From Felis catus (Eukaryota): a DNA stretch of 64,000 nucleotides. Below, one piece after another: positions 24,078-37,710 of the stretch (positions are counted from its first letter, which is position 1; the number at the start of each line of letters is the position of its first letter). Position numbers and translations under genes: made by a program. Location: assembly GCF_018350175.1 (NCBI RefSeq), contig NC_058368.1, positions 142,354,001 through 142,418,000 of the forward strand, read 5' to 3'. Below the pieces are notes generated by a model, which saw only the letters and a program-made list of their open reading frames with translations, was not told the DNA's origin and did not search any database.

Positions 24078-24389
24078 TCATTGTCATGTGATTAAATGAT
24101 AACACATCATCATATGAATCACATGATCATATGACTACATAATAAATTTACTACAGTGACCCATGTGACCCAAAGAATCAATACACTTCCGAGCAGATTG
24201 TATTTTGCTCCCACGTCACTGGTGGTTTCTCTGGCAATATGGTCTCCATCCCAGTGTCTTCTGGAAGCCTAAGAGGATTAGGTGAGTAGAGTTTCTGTGC
24301 TTTTGCCTTCCATAAGTTGGAAAGTCCCTCTAGGGACTGCCTCTTGGGTGGTCCCTGGACCACCTTCCACCTCCTAGAGGGAGATGTAG

Positions 24390-24520
24390 GCCACCTGTTT
24401 TAAAAACCCTAAGTTCCTGATCCCCACACACTGAATCAAACTTTCTGGAGGTGTTACCAGAAACTGTGTAACAACCCCCCAGGTGATTCTTTACACAGTA
24501 AAGTCTAAGACTCCATTGGG
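24390..24520. mobile_element. MER5-like hAT-Charlie fragment
   Basis: actgaatcaaact..ctggag...ccccaggtgattct..cacagtaaagtctaagactccattg. Confidence 0.6.
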
Positions 24521-24858
24521 AGGAAGCCTTGCACTCGGTGAGGTCGCTGGTATCTTGGAGCTGGGGAAGGGGCCAAAGAGAAGAGGTCAGGAAGAGCTTG
24601 GCCTGGCTCATTAGGACAGAGCCAGATGACCTGTCCTTGGCACAGCCCATGGCGTCACAGACGTCTCTGGAACAATGATTCTACAGGGACAGAAGCTGCT
24701 TCCCCGTTCACATGTTGTCCAATGGTCCTTGCATTCACAGCGCGAATGAGCTCAAACATTCAGGACCTTCTCTTCAGAGCACAAAAGCAGCTCGCAGAAT
24801 GGATGGATAGTGCCGGTACAAAAAGATCGGCACTTGGCATGACTTAAAAAAAACAGTT

Positions 24859-25083
24859 GGGAGCACCTGGGTGGCTCAGTCAGTTAAGTGTCCAACTTTG
24901 GCTCAGGTCATGATCTCATGGTCCATGAGTCTGAGCCCCACATCGGGCTCTGTGCTATCAGTGCAGAGCCTGCTTCGGATCCTCTGTCCCCCTGTCTCTC
25001 TGCCCCTCCCCCACTGGTTCTGTCTCTTTCTCGCTCTCGCTCTTGCTCTCAAAAATAAAATAAAATAAACTTAAAAAAAAAAA
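24859..25083 (+). mobile_element. Can-SINE
   Basis: Head gggagcacctgggtggctcagtcagttaag, A-tail. Confidence 0.93.
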
Positions 25084-25320
25084 GTCAGCTACCAAAGGAG
25101 GTTTTGCAAACTCTCATTTGCCCTGGCTGCCCCCTCGAAAACACAGATTAGGGAAATGTAAACATCTTGACAATATTTAAGAAGAGGGCCCAAATGCTCT
25201 AAGAATTGTACTGTTCTTGGAGTTATAGTCTCAACACGCTCAAATCCTCCAGGATATTGCCACCCTCCTTTCCTCACTACCTCCTCCAGCTCAGCTCTGA
25301 CCCCACTGGGAAAAGTCACA

Positions 25321-25545
25321 CTGTGCTTCTCAACAGGGACGATTTTGCTCCCTCCCCCTTGCAGACGGCACGTGGCAATGTCTGGAGACATTCTAAGGTG
25401 GTCACAACGTGGGGCGGGGTGGGGGGGGGGCGGGAATGTGTGCTGCTGGCATGTTGTGGGCCAAAGATGCTGCTAACCAGCCTGCGGTGCACAGGCCAGC
25501 CCCACAAAAGGGGCAATGTCAGCAGTGTTAACAGTGAGAATCCTT
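25321..25545 (+). mobile_element. MER20 (hAT-Charlie non-autonomous element)
   Basis: ttctcaacagggacgattttgc...tggcaatgtctggagacatt...gtcacaac..gggg..tgctgctggcat...gatgctgctaa...tgcacagg.cagcccc matches the recalled MER20 consensus. Confidence 0.85.
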
Positions 25546-27429
25546 TTCTAGAGGCTTCCTGCATATAGAACAACGTTTACATTTGGAGGCACAACATGAC
25601 ACAGATTGCTAATGCCTGTAGTATTTACAAAGGTCTATTCTAATGAGTAAGCCATGTTTTACAATCTGGATGGGTAGTCACAGTATTAACTACCTTACTT
25701 AATTTTTGGCTGTTTTTCTGAATTTTTGTTTAAGGTCCATGCGAGTCTGTGTGCCCAAGATGGCAAGCTGACAGGACATGGATTCCAACTTGCCAGAGGG
25801 AACACACTCAGGGACAGTGCCCTTGACCCTGCCTCTCCTGGGGCCCTGACAGTTTGTTTGGACCACATACAAGAGCCAGCTATTGTTTTCAGTCAGCTCT
25901 ATTCTGCAAACTGCAACATAGGGCACCCAGGTTATTAAGAGCAGGAGGCCGTTTGCTGCTTTCTTTACCTCCCTGAAGGTCTCAGACTACCTCAGAAAAC
26001 TTTAAGTTTGACCACATGGCCCTAACTTGTGTCAAATCCCCCTGGTCCAGAGTCGGGCTGTCCACTCAGCCCATGCTCAGGTGGCCACTCCAAATGCCAG
26101 GAAATCTCAAGGAACTTCCCAAGAAGCCCTGGGTAGTGTTCAAACATTCCAGTTACTACCTGACCCCACCCTGGCTTCCTCTACAAGCCGCCTTCCTCTC
26201 CAGCTGGACCTCTCAGCAGCCTCCGCTGCCTGAGGGACCCCCCAGGGCAGCAAGGACCCCGCCCCTCCAAAAGCAACTGAACAAGCCTTTTTTTTTTTTT
26301 TTCTAGGCTTGGAGCACCCAGTGATCTCTTGCTCACTGTCAAACTTGCCCCTTAATTCCCTGCTCCTGGCCAGTCACACAATTCCTTCTGGATGCCCGCT
26401 CTCGCTCCTCTGTATCCAGTCCATCTGCTTGCCAAGCACCCATTTCTAGAGATGAACTTTTACACTTCTTCCCTGAGGCGTCAGAACCCACAGGGAGCTG
26501 GTCTACTTGCCTGGTCCTATTTTCTAGATGATCTATTCTTTAAGATTTCTGAAGTCCACCAAACTTATTTCATAACTTTTTCCTTGCACAAACCTCATCA
26601 TCTAAAAAGTTTTAGAAGCCAAGTCTTTCTTTACTTGTCTTCTACTCTATCAAACAGGAGGGAATGAAGAACCAATCTCATGAAGTCTGTTCTAGCTCAC
26701 ATCCTATAAGCCAGGGGCCATATGTTTATGCCCTGAACATACTGTGGGGTCCAAATGTTTTTGATTTGTTTCAATGGAATTAGAACTTGAATTTCAAGAG
26801 TTGCCTTTTTATGTCACTATGGTACATAATTTTAAACTGAAGGTGTTTTTCAAGATCATAATGAATTCTGTGATAACAGGCAAAATGTAAGTCTTAAAGT
26901 GAGTCTCGTTAGTTTTTTCACTATCAATGAGAAAGAGTGTTTTAATGGAGAAAAGTAACAAAGTTTGGAGAACAGAAAGCTCAGGAGAACTTATACATAA
27001 AAATCAAGATATATAACTTCCTTCTTCCTGAACGCCCAATGAACACGAGAGACTCCAAGTGCCCTCTGTTTAAGTGCCTCAACTCTGAGAATAAATAACC
27101 CTTAGGGAACAGGCTTCTGGCTTGTCTAAGTGGACAGCTGGACAGCTTCTCCCAGCACCGGGGAGCACAGGCATTCATTCTTATAGCAACTGCAGGCTTT
27201 CTAGTCCTTTCCGTACCCAGGCTGAAAGAATCACTGCTGTTCACAAGACACAATGCCATCGGCCAGGTTCCCTTCCAACAGCTTAAGAAAAACCAAACAT
27301 GATAAATGGAGAGGATGATGCCATCTGTTACTTCTGAGTCTCTCACACAAACTCATAAACCAGCAGAAAGCCCAAGAATCAACTAGAACAAGAGTCTCAT
27401 TCTGACTAGAAGCTTCTGTGAAAGCTTTT

Positions 27430-27790
27430 GTGGAAGACTGTATTATTCCCTCAAACATACTGTCTCTCCTTGCAGGAGGGTTCTATTTTTCTACCCTGTA
27501 GACATCAAGCCCGACTACAGGACTGGCTTCAGCCAATGTGAGAAGTGACATGTGCCACTTCTAAGCAGAAGAGTTCATGAGCCGGTGCCTTATTCTCCAG
27601 CTCCCTTATGTCTCCCACGAGATCAAAAAGATCCCAGACAGAGGCCGCCCCATCGGCCTGGGTCCCTGACAACACGAAGCGGGGGCCCTTGATCCCTGAT
27701 AAACATGCAGTGTGGGCAAAAAAACCAAACGTGTTACTGCCGGTGCTGAGACTGTAGGGTCACAGCACGACCTGACCTCTTCCAACGGCA
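27430..27790 (+). mobile_element. MLT1 (MaLR LTR, MLT1I/H-like) solo LTR
   Basis: gccaatgtgagaagtgacatgtgccacttc..gcagaag...catcggcctgggtccc...acatgcagtgtgggcaaaaaaaccaaac. Confidence 0.65.
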
Positions 27791-28327
27791 GTGCTCCCGC
27801 TGGGATCCGAGTGCCTGCCTGTCCTCTCTTTGGCACCAGCTTAAATTCTACTTCACCATTCTCTACCACACACGTGCCAAAGAACTTTCTGAGATTAAAC
27901 GATGATAAATGAGAAACGTTAAAGCTTGGCAACTATCTCAGAAGTACTCACTGTACAATTCAGTGAGGTAAGCTGCTACGATACCGATTTTCCTCTCAAT
28001 ATATTTATCTTAGGGTTAATAAATGGAAGTACTAAGACAGAAGAAAAATTCCCTTTTGAATAAATGCAGACACTTACAAAGTGACTCAGAGGGCCAGCTT
28101 GAAGAATCGCTTTCACATCAGGCGCTTCTCTGAGGTCTCTCACCCCAGAGCCCTGACTCACTTGGAGCTGCCTCAGCTTTCCCTTCCCTGCTTCTATTTC
28201 TTCCACCCTTGGGGTGGCTCCAGCCATCTTGCACTGCCTCCGGCTGGGACCACAGCTAGGAAGTCTGCTCCCTTAGCACAGGGGACCTCTGACCTTTGCC
28301 TGAGGGGAAGGCTGGGCCACAGCAGCA

Positions 28328-28412
28328 TTTTTTTTTAATGTTTACTTATTTTGAGAGAGAAAGAATGGATGAATGAATGAGTCCCACGTAGGTTTCACGC
28401 TCAGTGCAGGAG
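28328..28412 (-). mobile_element. 5'-truncated Can-SINE
   Basis: ttttaatgtttacttattttgagagaga tail followed by a partial body; no head. Confidence 0.7.
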
Positions 28413-28891
28413 ACCCTTGTAGGACCAGCTGGTACCAGGTGTGGGCACAAAACCAAGGTGAGGGCTGCCCAGAGGCCTGTCTGCAACATGCGTCAGGGCA
28501 GGTCTTTGCAAGGAACTGGAAACCATAGGGTTGGAGTGAGTGCATCAACTGGCAGAGGGGACAAGAGACCCTTGAGGGCACTGGGCGGGGCAGGACTCAG
28601 ACCCTGAGCTTCTGGCTGTGGAACAAGAAGTAATGGCCACCCAGAAGGCAGGACAGCCAAAGGGGAGAGAGGGCAAAGTCAGTGATGCACGAGGTGGAAG
28701 CAGTGAGCCACAGGGCGACAGCCATGACCATACTTTAAATTCTTTCAGGTAATCTCTACCATGAGAATCAGAATATTCCCTCTAGGAATATGGTCACTTC
28801 AGAGATAGCAGCTGGGTGTAAACAGGTGGTTTCCAGGAGGAAGACTTTCAACAACTCATGAGAATATCTGTCACTTTAAAAATGAAGTTGT

Positions 28892-29010
28892 GGGGCTCCT
28901 GGGTGGCTCAGTTGGTTAAGCGTCTGACTCTTGATCTCAGGGTCATGAGTTCAAGCCCCACGCTGGGCTCTGCGCTGGGTGTGAAGCCTACTCAAAAAAA
29001 AAAAAAAAAA
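28892..29010 (+). mobile_element. Short Can-SINE lacking the (CT)n segment
   Basis: GGGGCTCCTGGGTGGCTCAGTTGGTTAAG...gaagcctactc then poly-A. Confidence 0.9.
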
Positions 29011-29749
29011 CGAAGCTCTTGTTTTAGTTTAGGTATTGTCTCTTTGTGAACCAAGTCTTTTTTTGTTGTTCTTAACAGCAATATGGTATCGTTTTATGAA
29101 CTCAGTAAACAGTGCTAGACATAAACGTTAATCTGGAAATAGTCACTGGTAGTTAAAAAACAGCAAAAAAAGTTTTCCTTTCCTTGCACTCCCACTGGCC
29201 CTGAAAATCTCAGCCATCGGTGTTATTGACACAAGAAAACAGGAGAGGTTAATGTTCAAGCCGGGCCTCGGTGCCAAGGTTCCACCAGCCGCTAAGCAGG
29301 TGATGGGTGTGAGCAGAAGTGCCATAGAAACCTCATCCTAGAGGCCAAGGGGACAGGCCAGCTACATGACTCAGAGGAGAGGTTCCCACCTGCTGGTGCA
29401 ACCTTCACCCAGGAACTTCCCGAAGGGCACAGGGCAGGAGCAGCTCACCACGGCAGCAAACTTCACCCAGAATCCCCTTGAAACAAGCACAGCACAAAGC
29501 TGCCAGCTGCCGTCCGCTTTGCTTGCAGAGCTCTCTGTGGAGTGATGTATTTCTAAATACCCACTAAAGGCTATTATTAGGGAACTGGGCCTAAAGATGC
29601 AAGACAGCCCCTATCTTTAGAAACCAAGAGGCTAATAATGTTGGCTTTACCCTGAGACGAAGACATTACTCACCCTCTTTTCAAACCTTTTATATTCTCA
29701 CAGAAGTCACTTCTGTTTCTAACCAGTATTGCTAAGCAGTAGAATTTTA

Positions 29750-29773
29750 CCTTCTGTCATGTTTACTTATTTA

Positions 29774-29815
<42 letters not shown>

Positions 29816-29985
29816 CCATGTGAGCAAAAGTGAGTGGGGGAGGGACAGAGAGGGAGAGAGAGAATCCCAAGCAGGCTCCATCCTCAGTGCAGAGCCCAAT
29901 GTAGGGCTTGATCCCACAACCAGGATATGAACTGAGCCCAAATCAAGAGTCAGATGCTTAACGGACTGAGCCACCCAGGCGCCCC
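29750..29985 (-). mobile_element. Can-SINE with expanded (GA)n
   Basis: Reverse head gagccacccaggcgcccc; TSD agc(a/g)gtagaatttta at 29735-29749 and 29986-30000. Confidence 0.94.
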
Positions 29986-31744
29986 AGCGGTAGAATTTTA
30001 AAAAGTTTTTGAATGAGGTAAAGAAAAGGGCCAAAATCTGTTGTAGAGTATACTCCTATTTCTAAGGGCAACCCTGAAATGTTCAAACTCGTTTTTTTAT
30101 TACTTTGCTCACATCGATACCGGCTTTTTGCAACTGAAGACACAACCTGCCGCCTACAGTCTGAGCCACCCTGTCCTGTGTGCACACACTTCCTGAATGC
30201 CAGTGGGCTCGGAGAAGGAACTGACATCAGCCTAAAGCTTTATGCACCGAACACACATGCAATAAAGAATAGAAAGTACAAGGTGGGTGTTCACAAACAT
30301 GGCTCTTTATAACTCCATGTATCAAAAATCTCCCCTCTCTAGAGCCTTCCTCCTCTTGTCCGTTTAAGACCCATGAATTATACTGTGTGATCAGGAATGT
30401 GCACACACGTACATATTTGTAACACTGGATTTTTTTAAACATCTAAAAAATCAGCAAGACAGATTTGCATACTGCCTCCACATCCAGGTCATTAAACACT
30501 ATCCATTTCAGTGATTTCATAGCCAGCCATCAAGCTATCCAGCATTTGTCAACGTTCCCTAATGAGAATGCCAAATTCAAAACCATAAGCAGGTTTAAAC
30601 TGTCTTCATTTATTAACTAGAGGAATTCCCCAGATATTTAGAATTCAAACTGTTTTGAAAACAGATGGGCTTAAGCGTAGCTCCCAAAGGGATGCGCGCT
30701 CTTCGAGGAAAAGTGTGCTCAATATACAGCTGCCAGCAGCTTCTGATAGTTGCAAAGACAGAGAAGTCCTCAAATGCAGGCAACAGCCTCGGCCTGTATT
30801 ACCGAACTGGCCCAGTGACGGAGGAACGCGCCCGCGGCGGCGGTCCGATGAGCTTCCCGCACTGCAGCCTAGATGGAATCAATGCAGACTCAAAGTTCAA
30901 GATGGTCAGAGAAAACCCCCTGTTTTGGAAGTCTGAACCCTTGTACTTGATCATATGATCTAGTACTTTCTTTCTGGAAACAGGGATTTATTGTTACGGT
31001 TTCTAACAATAGCAAGGCACAGTGAACAGAGATAAAGTTCAACTGGATGTCTCAGAAAAGAGAGAATGTGTCAGAGGGCCAGGCTGCTTAAAAACAAAGG
31101 GAAAAGGGCTCTTCTATGAGAAGAGACGCCCCAACCCTCTGTTCCCAGCTTCTCCCCTGTAAGGGCTGATAGACAAGGCTGGCAAAGAGGAAGCCTGTCC
31201 TGGGTTACACACATCCAGTGCTGTGGGCTCCAAGCGCCACACTGGGCTCCTGCCACCCTCCTCCCCGGCACGTGCCCGCTGGAGTGTATGACTCACTGAG
31301 AACCCACATGGCTCGGTAAGAGAAAGGTGCTAGGCAAGAAAGCCTGGGGGAATCCGTGGGGGGGAAAAATTAACTGTATCTGGCTGGGTAAGAAAATGGA
31401 GCTTCCCTGAGAAGTCGGAACATACCTCACAGAGGGCGTGAGAACAAACAGACTTCCTGACAGCACGCCATTTCCCCAGCCCCGATCACCGCCAGCCTCA
31501 CGAGATGATACCCACATATGGCAGAGAAAGTTCTTTTCTTTGCATGTGAAACGCCAAGCTCTTCCATGAGCAGGGTGGCTGATAATTCTGGGTTCCAACA
31601 TAAAATATGGGCTGGACAGGGCGTGGGGGAGGGTCTCTCAGGCTTCCTCAAGGGATGAGGGTGGGCTCGAGAGTCAGCATCTCAAAGTTCCTACAACACA
31701 GGCTGCTCCACCCGACTAGACCACTGAGCTCCCCAGAAAGGCAG

Positions 31745-31965
31745 CGCCAGGGAGCGATTCAGTGTGGAGTCAGCCTGCCTAGATTTGAATCCTGGTTCTG
31801 CTACCTCCTAGATGGTGACTTTGACACAGACCTGCCTCTGTGCTTCAGTTCCTGTGTCTGTAAACTGGGGTACCAATACAACCTACCACGCAGGCTTTTT
31901 GTAAGGATCTACTAAGTTAAAAAAATAACAAGCTTAGAAGAGTGCTTGGCACATGGTAAGTGTTC
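31745..31965 (+). mobile_element. MIR SINE
   Basis: ggagtcagcctgcctagatttgaatcctgg...ctctgtgcttcagttc..tctgtaaactgggg...ttggcacatggtaagtg. Confidence 0.8.
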
Positions 31966-32851
31966 CAGGCACTGGCCTACCCTCCCTGGAACAGGCTCCA
32001 GCCTCCCCATCCCCCCGATGGGGGTTTTGCACCCAAATGGTCCCTTTTGAGGTTGTGCCTGAGGCATTCCTTTTGCCATTTAGATCTCCTTGTTCTAAGG
32101 CCCACCTGGCATGTGGTGGTTTCCCTCACCTTCAAACACCAGTCTTTTCCATGTGGGAGTCCTAAGCAGGAAGGATGCAAAATGGAGCTGGGTCTACATT
32201 CAATGCTGTCACCCTGGCCATGGACCGGCTCTCTGTCTTTGGACAATGAAGTTCACTTCTCTGAAGTGGGGGTGATCAAAGTATCTACCTCACAGGCTGT
32301 CACACAGGATTACAGAACCTGTCCACGTGAAGTAAAGTTTAACTGTAAGTACTCATTAGGGGGTAGGAAGCATTACTTTTATCACCAGTCAACATTTTTT
32401 CTGCTCTCAAAAGGCTGTTTGTCTCCACATGGCCGCAAAAAATCACCTTCTCGTATCAGTAACTCTACAGACAGAAGTTTGTCCAATGGCAAAGTAATAC
32501 GTGGGAAAAAAGCACTTGATGGGAAGCCTGGAAAACATGGGTGCCACTCTAAGCTCTTGCCCAACTGACATATGACCGCACAGCTCACTTTAACTGTTAT
32601 GGCTTCGATGTCTCAGCCACATAGTGACAGGGATGGGTCTGCGGATCACCACTGTCACTTCCGGTGCCAAAAGTCAGTCATTTCAAGCATAAGACCACCT
32701 CTTACTGCCTTCTCCCAGACCAGGGGCTCCCCTGGAGCAGGCGGCCCCACGTCCTACTTTTCTGGAGCGGGAGGCCTGCGGGGGAGGGCAGAGGGGAGGG
32801 CCTGCAGGTTATGAGGAATGCCAAACACAGTGGCTGAAAGGTGGCAGAAGA

Positions 32852-33048
32852 GGGGCGTCTGGGTGGCTCAGTCGGTTAAGCATCCAACTTCGGCTCAGGT
32901 CATAATCTCACAGTTTGTGAGTTCGAGCCCCAAGCCGGGCTCTGTGCTGACACCTCAGAGCCTGGAGCCTGCTTCAGATTCTGTGTCTCCCTGTCTTCCT
33001 GCCCCTCCCATGCTTGCACTCTAAGAAATAAATAAACATTAAAAAACC
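32852..33048 (+). mobile_element. Can-SINE (felid type)
   Basis: GGGGCGTCTGGGTGGCTCAGTCGG head; degenerate TSD aaagg..gcagaaga. Confidence 0.93.
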
Positions 33049-33440
33049 AAAAGGCAGCAGAAGAGAAGGTCACATCTGATCACAGCACTGGGGTTGTGGG
33101 GTCTGGGGGTCACGCCCTTGGGCAGTGCACAGGGACATTGTCCAAGGGCCATGGTTAGAGGGCTTGAGCTAGATTAGTTCCCTCTTCCCATCATCTTCTT
33201 GTTTTCTGCCTGGGGTGGGGCAACCCAGCTCTGACCTTTCATTTCCAGCTCCAGGATGTCTCTTATTCTTGGAAACAAAGCAGAGCAGTACCCCCCACTC
33301 GAGTCTTTGGGCTAACAGCTACAAATGAGGCCCCCTCCTGTCCTTGGCCTCAGAGATGAACCCTGAAATTGGAGAACCCTTACTCAGTTCTGAAAATTCA
33401 AGGTCATAAAAAGGGCCCTTCCTTCCCCCCCCCCCCCCAA

Positions 33441-33634
33441 ATTTTATTTATTATGAGAGAGAGAGCCTGAGTGTGCAAACGGGGAAGAGGCAGAGACAGA
33501 GGAAGAGAGAATTCCAAGCAGGCTCCACACTGTCAGCACAGAGCCCAAAATAGGGCTCAATTCCCCAACCAGGAGATCATGACCTGAGCCGATACTGAGT
33601 TGGAGGCCTAACCAACTGAGCCACCCAGGCACCC
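33441..33634 (-). mobile_element. Can-SINE
   Basis: Reverse SINE, head gagccacccaggcaccc. Confidence 0.92.
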
Positions 33635-35687
33635 AAAGCCTCCTTCCTTTCTTAAATACTTTTGCTTCCTGTCCTAGACAAGTAAAATGCTTGATCATGA
33701 AGAATTTCACAGCCATATGCCAGAGGACATGATAGAATACAAAGTTTTAATCATTTTAAAGTGTTTATATGTTGATTTCTTATGTGTTTTACAAAGGGTA
33801 CCAGCTGATTCACAAATGCTCCTTAGTATGAATTCTCCAGATGGAGAAGCCAGCAATAAGAGATGCTCCTTTTTAAGGCGTTTAGTTTCAGGCAGGAGTC
33901 AAAAGTCATATCCCTTTTATTCCCAAACATAAACCGTATGAAACTGTCCTATAAAATTAATGTTTGCTACTGTTTATTCTCTGTTCTTTGGTGAATTATT
34001 AAAGTCAGCCAGCGCAATTCTCTGCTCGGTTATAAACGGCCCCAGAAGGCTGATTTGCATCCATCCAGGGGCACTTATTTCTGATAAGTACTCTTATTAA
34101 TGATCTAATAAAACGTCTTGTTTTGTTATGATCAACCAAGTGATGCAAATGATGTTTAAAAATTCAGCACTCCAACCCGACAGGCTGGCGATGAAGCTGC
34201 TGAACCCACATTAATCTAAAGTGATTTCCAATTTTCTTTGGCATTATCAGTGAGATCATGGATGGATGAAAAAAAATTGTTTTTTTTGAATTTTGGTCCC
34301 AATGATGTCAAAGGCAATATTTTATCAAGGTTCAGTAAAATCGATCTGATTAGAGACCACAGACAGCAAAGGCCAGGGGGAGGCCAGGGGGGAGAGGTGC
34401 TGGTAAGACACATCATCTGGCGGTCAAACACATACATCCTAAACTGGCAGGCAGGCTCCAGGCGTGGGCAGTGAAAATAAAGCTATGTCAACAACAAGAA
34501 CAACACTCACGAACGCGTCCACGTTCACCCCTCTTAACTTCCTGAACTTTGTTCCAAATGCCCTTTAGCGGAGGTGGCAATTCATAAAAGCAAGGGCTGA
34601 ACCCTATCAGGCATCTGTGATGAAGAAGGAATAAAAATGCCCATATGTAAGGCCAGCTACGTGCAGGTGCTAATATGCTGATAAATGAGTTGTGCACACG
34701 CACAGAAACACCTCCCACCCGACTGAGAAAGCCAGGGCCCAGATTCTGTTAAGGACACAAGGAATGAATTTCTGAGGTAATCGTAAAACTGCCCTATCCT
34801 GCAAAAACAACTCTTCTTTTTCCTGGGCCCCAGAATATCTGATTTCTTTGTTTTCTTCTGCTCTCATCTCGTTAAACCCCACCGTTCTTTGAAAATAATG
34901 CTCATTAAATCTGTGCTGAAAACAAAGCACGTAAGGAGTCTTAGGCTGCCAGCTCCCCAAACTGACGAAGTCATAGTCAGATGCATTATTTACCTTTATC
35001 TGTCACTGGGATTAGCAACCAAGCACTCAAGTTCTCAAGAGATACGGTAAGACAGTTCCCTCTAGAAACAAATACCTTGTTCAAGACCTGACTGTCCAAG
35101 GCACGTACAGCAATCCACTGGGTCACGGAGGGAGGAGAGGAGACACAAAGACGCTCACTGCCCTCAAGTGGAATCAAGAAACAGACAATAGAGACTCAGG
35201 CCACTGAGGAGCAGGAGCTGAGAACTCAGAAGGTGGGTCAGGGAGGGGGCACTGCTGGAGGGGGGAGAATCTTGACTACGATAAGGTCTTACAGGAAGAT
35301 AATGACCGGGAAGTAAATCCGAAGGGAGAGCTGCAGCTGGTGGAAAAGGAGGTCAGGGGGTTTTTCTGCTTCTGTTGGATAACCCGAGATGCGTGCATAA
35401 AAACACTTCTTAAAGGAAGGCTGAATGGGTGGATCCTGCCGACACCCCTTACGTTGTGAGAAAAACAGAAGTAGCTGATCACCCTCTGGGGTTTTTGGTG
35501 TATCTAAGTAGAAATGGTGGCTGAGAGGGAGAATACGATTTAATCCTATATAATATGATGAATTTTAAACCAACTAATTAAAATTGACCCATGTTCTAAC
35601 AGACCCTCTTCCCCATTCAAAAGCATTTGGTCACTGACAGAATTATTTGTGAACTTTTTATAATGATTTCAAGGAACCAGGAGGAAC

Positions 35688-35884
35688 TTTTTTCTTTTAA
35701 TTTATTTTTGAGAGAGAGCACAAGTTGGGGAGGGGCAGAGAGAGAGGGAGACACAGAATCTGAAGCAGGTTCCAGGCTCTGAGCTATCAGCACAGAGCCT
35801 GACAGGGGCTAGAACCCATGAACCATGAGATCATGACCTGAGCTGAACATGGACGCTGAACTGACTGAACCAACCAGGCGCCCC
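35688..35884 (-). mobile_element. Can-SINE (felid type)
   Basis: Reverse SINE ending ccaggcgcccc. Confidence 0.92.
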
Positions 35885-36809
35885 ATTATGATGAACTTTA
35901 AGCGAGTCTGGGTTTCTCATCCAAATTCTATCAGGAAAGAAGCTCCTAGAACACATCAGGTTTAGGCAGCTTTAAGAGACAAACATGTTCTGTTTGGCCT
36001 CAAGCTCATTCTGGTTTTGGAGCTAGAGGGGGGTACACCCGGCAGGTCTGCGTTGCCTTCATCCACTTCTGCGCCAGAGGATGGTACCCTCTGGTCCTGA
36101 AACACTGGTGCAAGCGGGACTCGATCATTCGAAGAAGCAGCGTGCATGTGACAGAATAAGCGCATGTTTATATTTGGCTCAGGAAAAAAATAAAAGACCA
36201 CATGACTGGAAGAGTTTGTAAATATCAGTGTGATTCCAAAAACAAACCTGCAACCCTTTTTGCAAGCTGTCCCTTCCTGCTCAATTCTCCAGTAGCTCCT
36301 GACCACGTGGGACATTTTCAGGAGAGGAAGGAAGGGGGCTTCAGTGGATACGATTGAGAAAAGTACAAGCTGTCCATCTTATGTAAGAAAGACAACTTAA
36401 TTAGGGGCAAGGGTACCCCAATTTCCTCATCAGAAAGAAAGAAAAGCGGCAGCAGTCTGCATGGTAGTGGCCATTCCTCAGAAGCCATGTACCAAATCCA
36501 GGCACCGAGGGGTGAACTGATCTCATTTCTGGGTGAAAGATCATACTCACATACCATCAGCATTAACTTACATCTGTTCCCCATGCCTGGATCTGAGGCA
36601 GGGCTGGGACACCAAAATGATGAGTCCTCGTCCTCAAAGCACACACAGGTTCGTGGGGCGACAGGTGAGTCAGCAGGTGGGCACACTGACTTGTCAGTAA
36701 AGATGGGGCGCCCTGTTTACCTGGAGGCAGGTAAGGCCACCGGGAACAAGTGCTCAGCACACGCCTTGCTCACATGGGCACTGTCCCATGAAGCAAAGGT
36801 GGTGCAGGC

Positions 36810-37710
36810 AGGAATGTGACAGGGAAAGACAGCAGGAGCCATCAAGGGAGGGGCGGGACATCTTTGGGATTTTGAACTTTGCCCAACACATTTTCAAGAA
36901 GGGTCCGCAGAATGATTTCAGTCTAAAAGTGACAAAATCAGGTTTGCATTTTGGAAGATCACCTCTAGGATACCTGCAAGGGTTAGCCATGTAACAGGAA
37001 GGAGTACAAGTGCCCTGAGTATGTCTGTGTATACACTTTGCACACATGCAAGCAGAGGTACACGCAGGATCTGTGGAGAGCTGGCGATCCCCAGGACCAT
37101 TCAAAGGGGGCAGCTGAACCCTGTATCTGGGAGACTGCGGCCAAGAAGCCAGGCAGAGCCCGGGCTTCAGTGACATGCAGGGAGGGGGAACAAGGCCTTT
37201 AGGATGCTCTTGCGGTGATCCAGGTGAGAAAAGGTTAAGAGTCTGAGTTACTGCCGGGGGAGGGGCAGGTTTGAGAGGGACAGTAAGACTCCGACCCTAA
37301 CTGAACATGGAGGCTGTTGAGGAATCCAGGATGACCCTCCAGTTTCTGTCTAACCACCTGAATGCTTCCATTCCCTGGAGGAAATGGAAGGAAGAACAAA
37401 CAAGTGGAGGGAAATCATGTGTCTAGTTTGGGTCAGGAGGAACTTGAGATCTCTGTGGATGTGCACCAGGCACTGGGATGTAGGAGCTCCCAGAGTAAGG
37501 AGCAGCAGGGGTTTGAATGACTCTCCAAAGGTGAGGGTACGGAATAAGAGGACAGCAGGGCCAGCGACGTGCCCTGAGGATCCGAAGAAACTGCCAGAGA
37601 AACAAGCGGCAGTCCAAGGGGGAAGAACGAGGAGACCATGTGTCCTGGAAAGTACGATGGAGAGAGATGGGAGGGAGTGGCCACTCATGTCCTACAAAAC
37701 AAACATTCGA
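36810..37710 (-). mobile_element. Degraded LINE-2 fragments
   Basis: Purine-rich reverse-L2 text (aatcaggtttgcattttggaagatcacc; gtgatccaggtgagaa; ggaatccaggatgac; tgtcctggaa). Confidence 0.55.
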
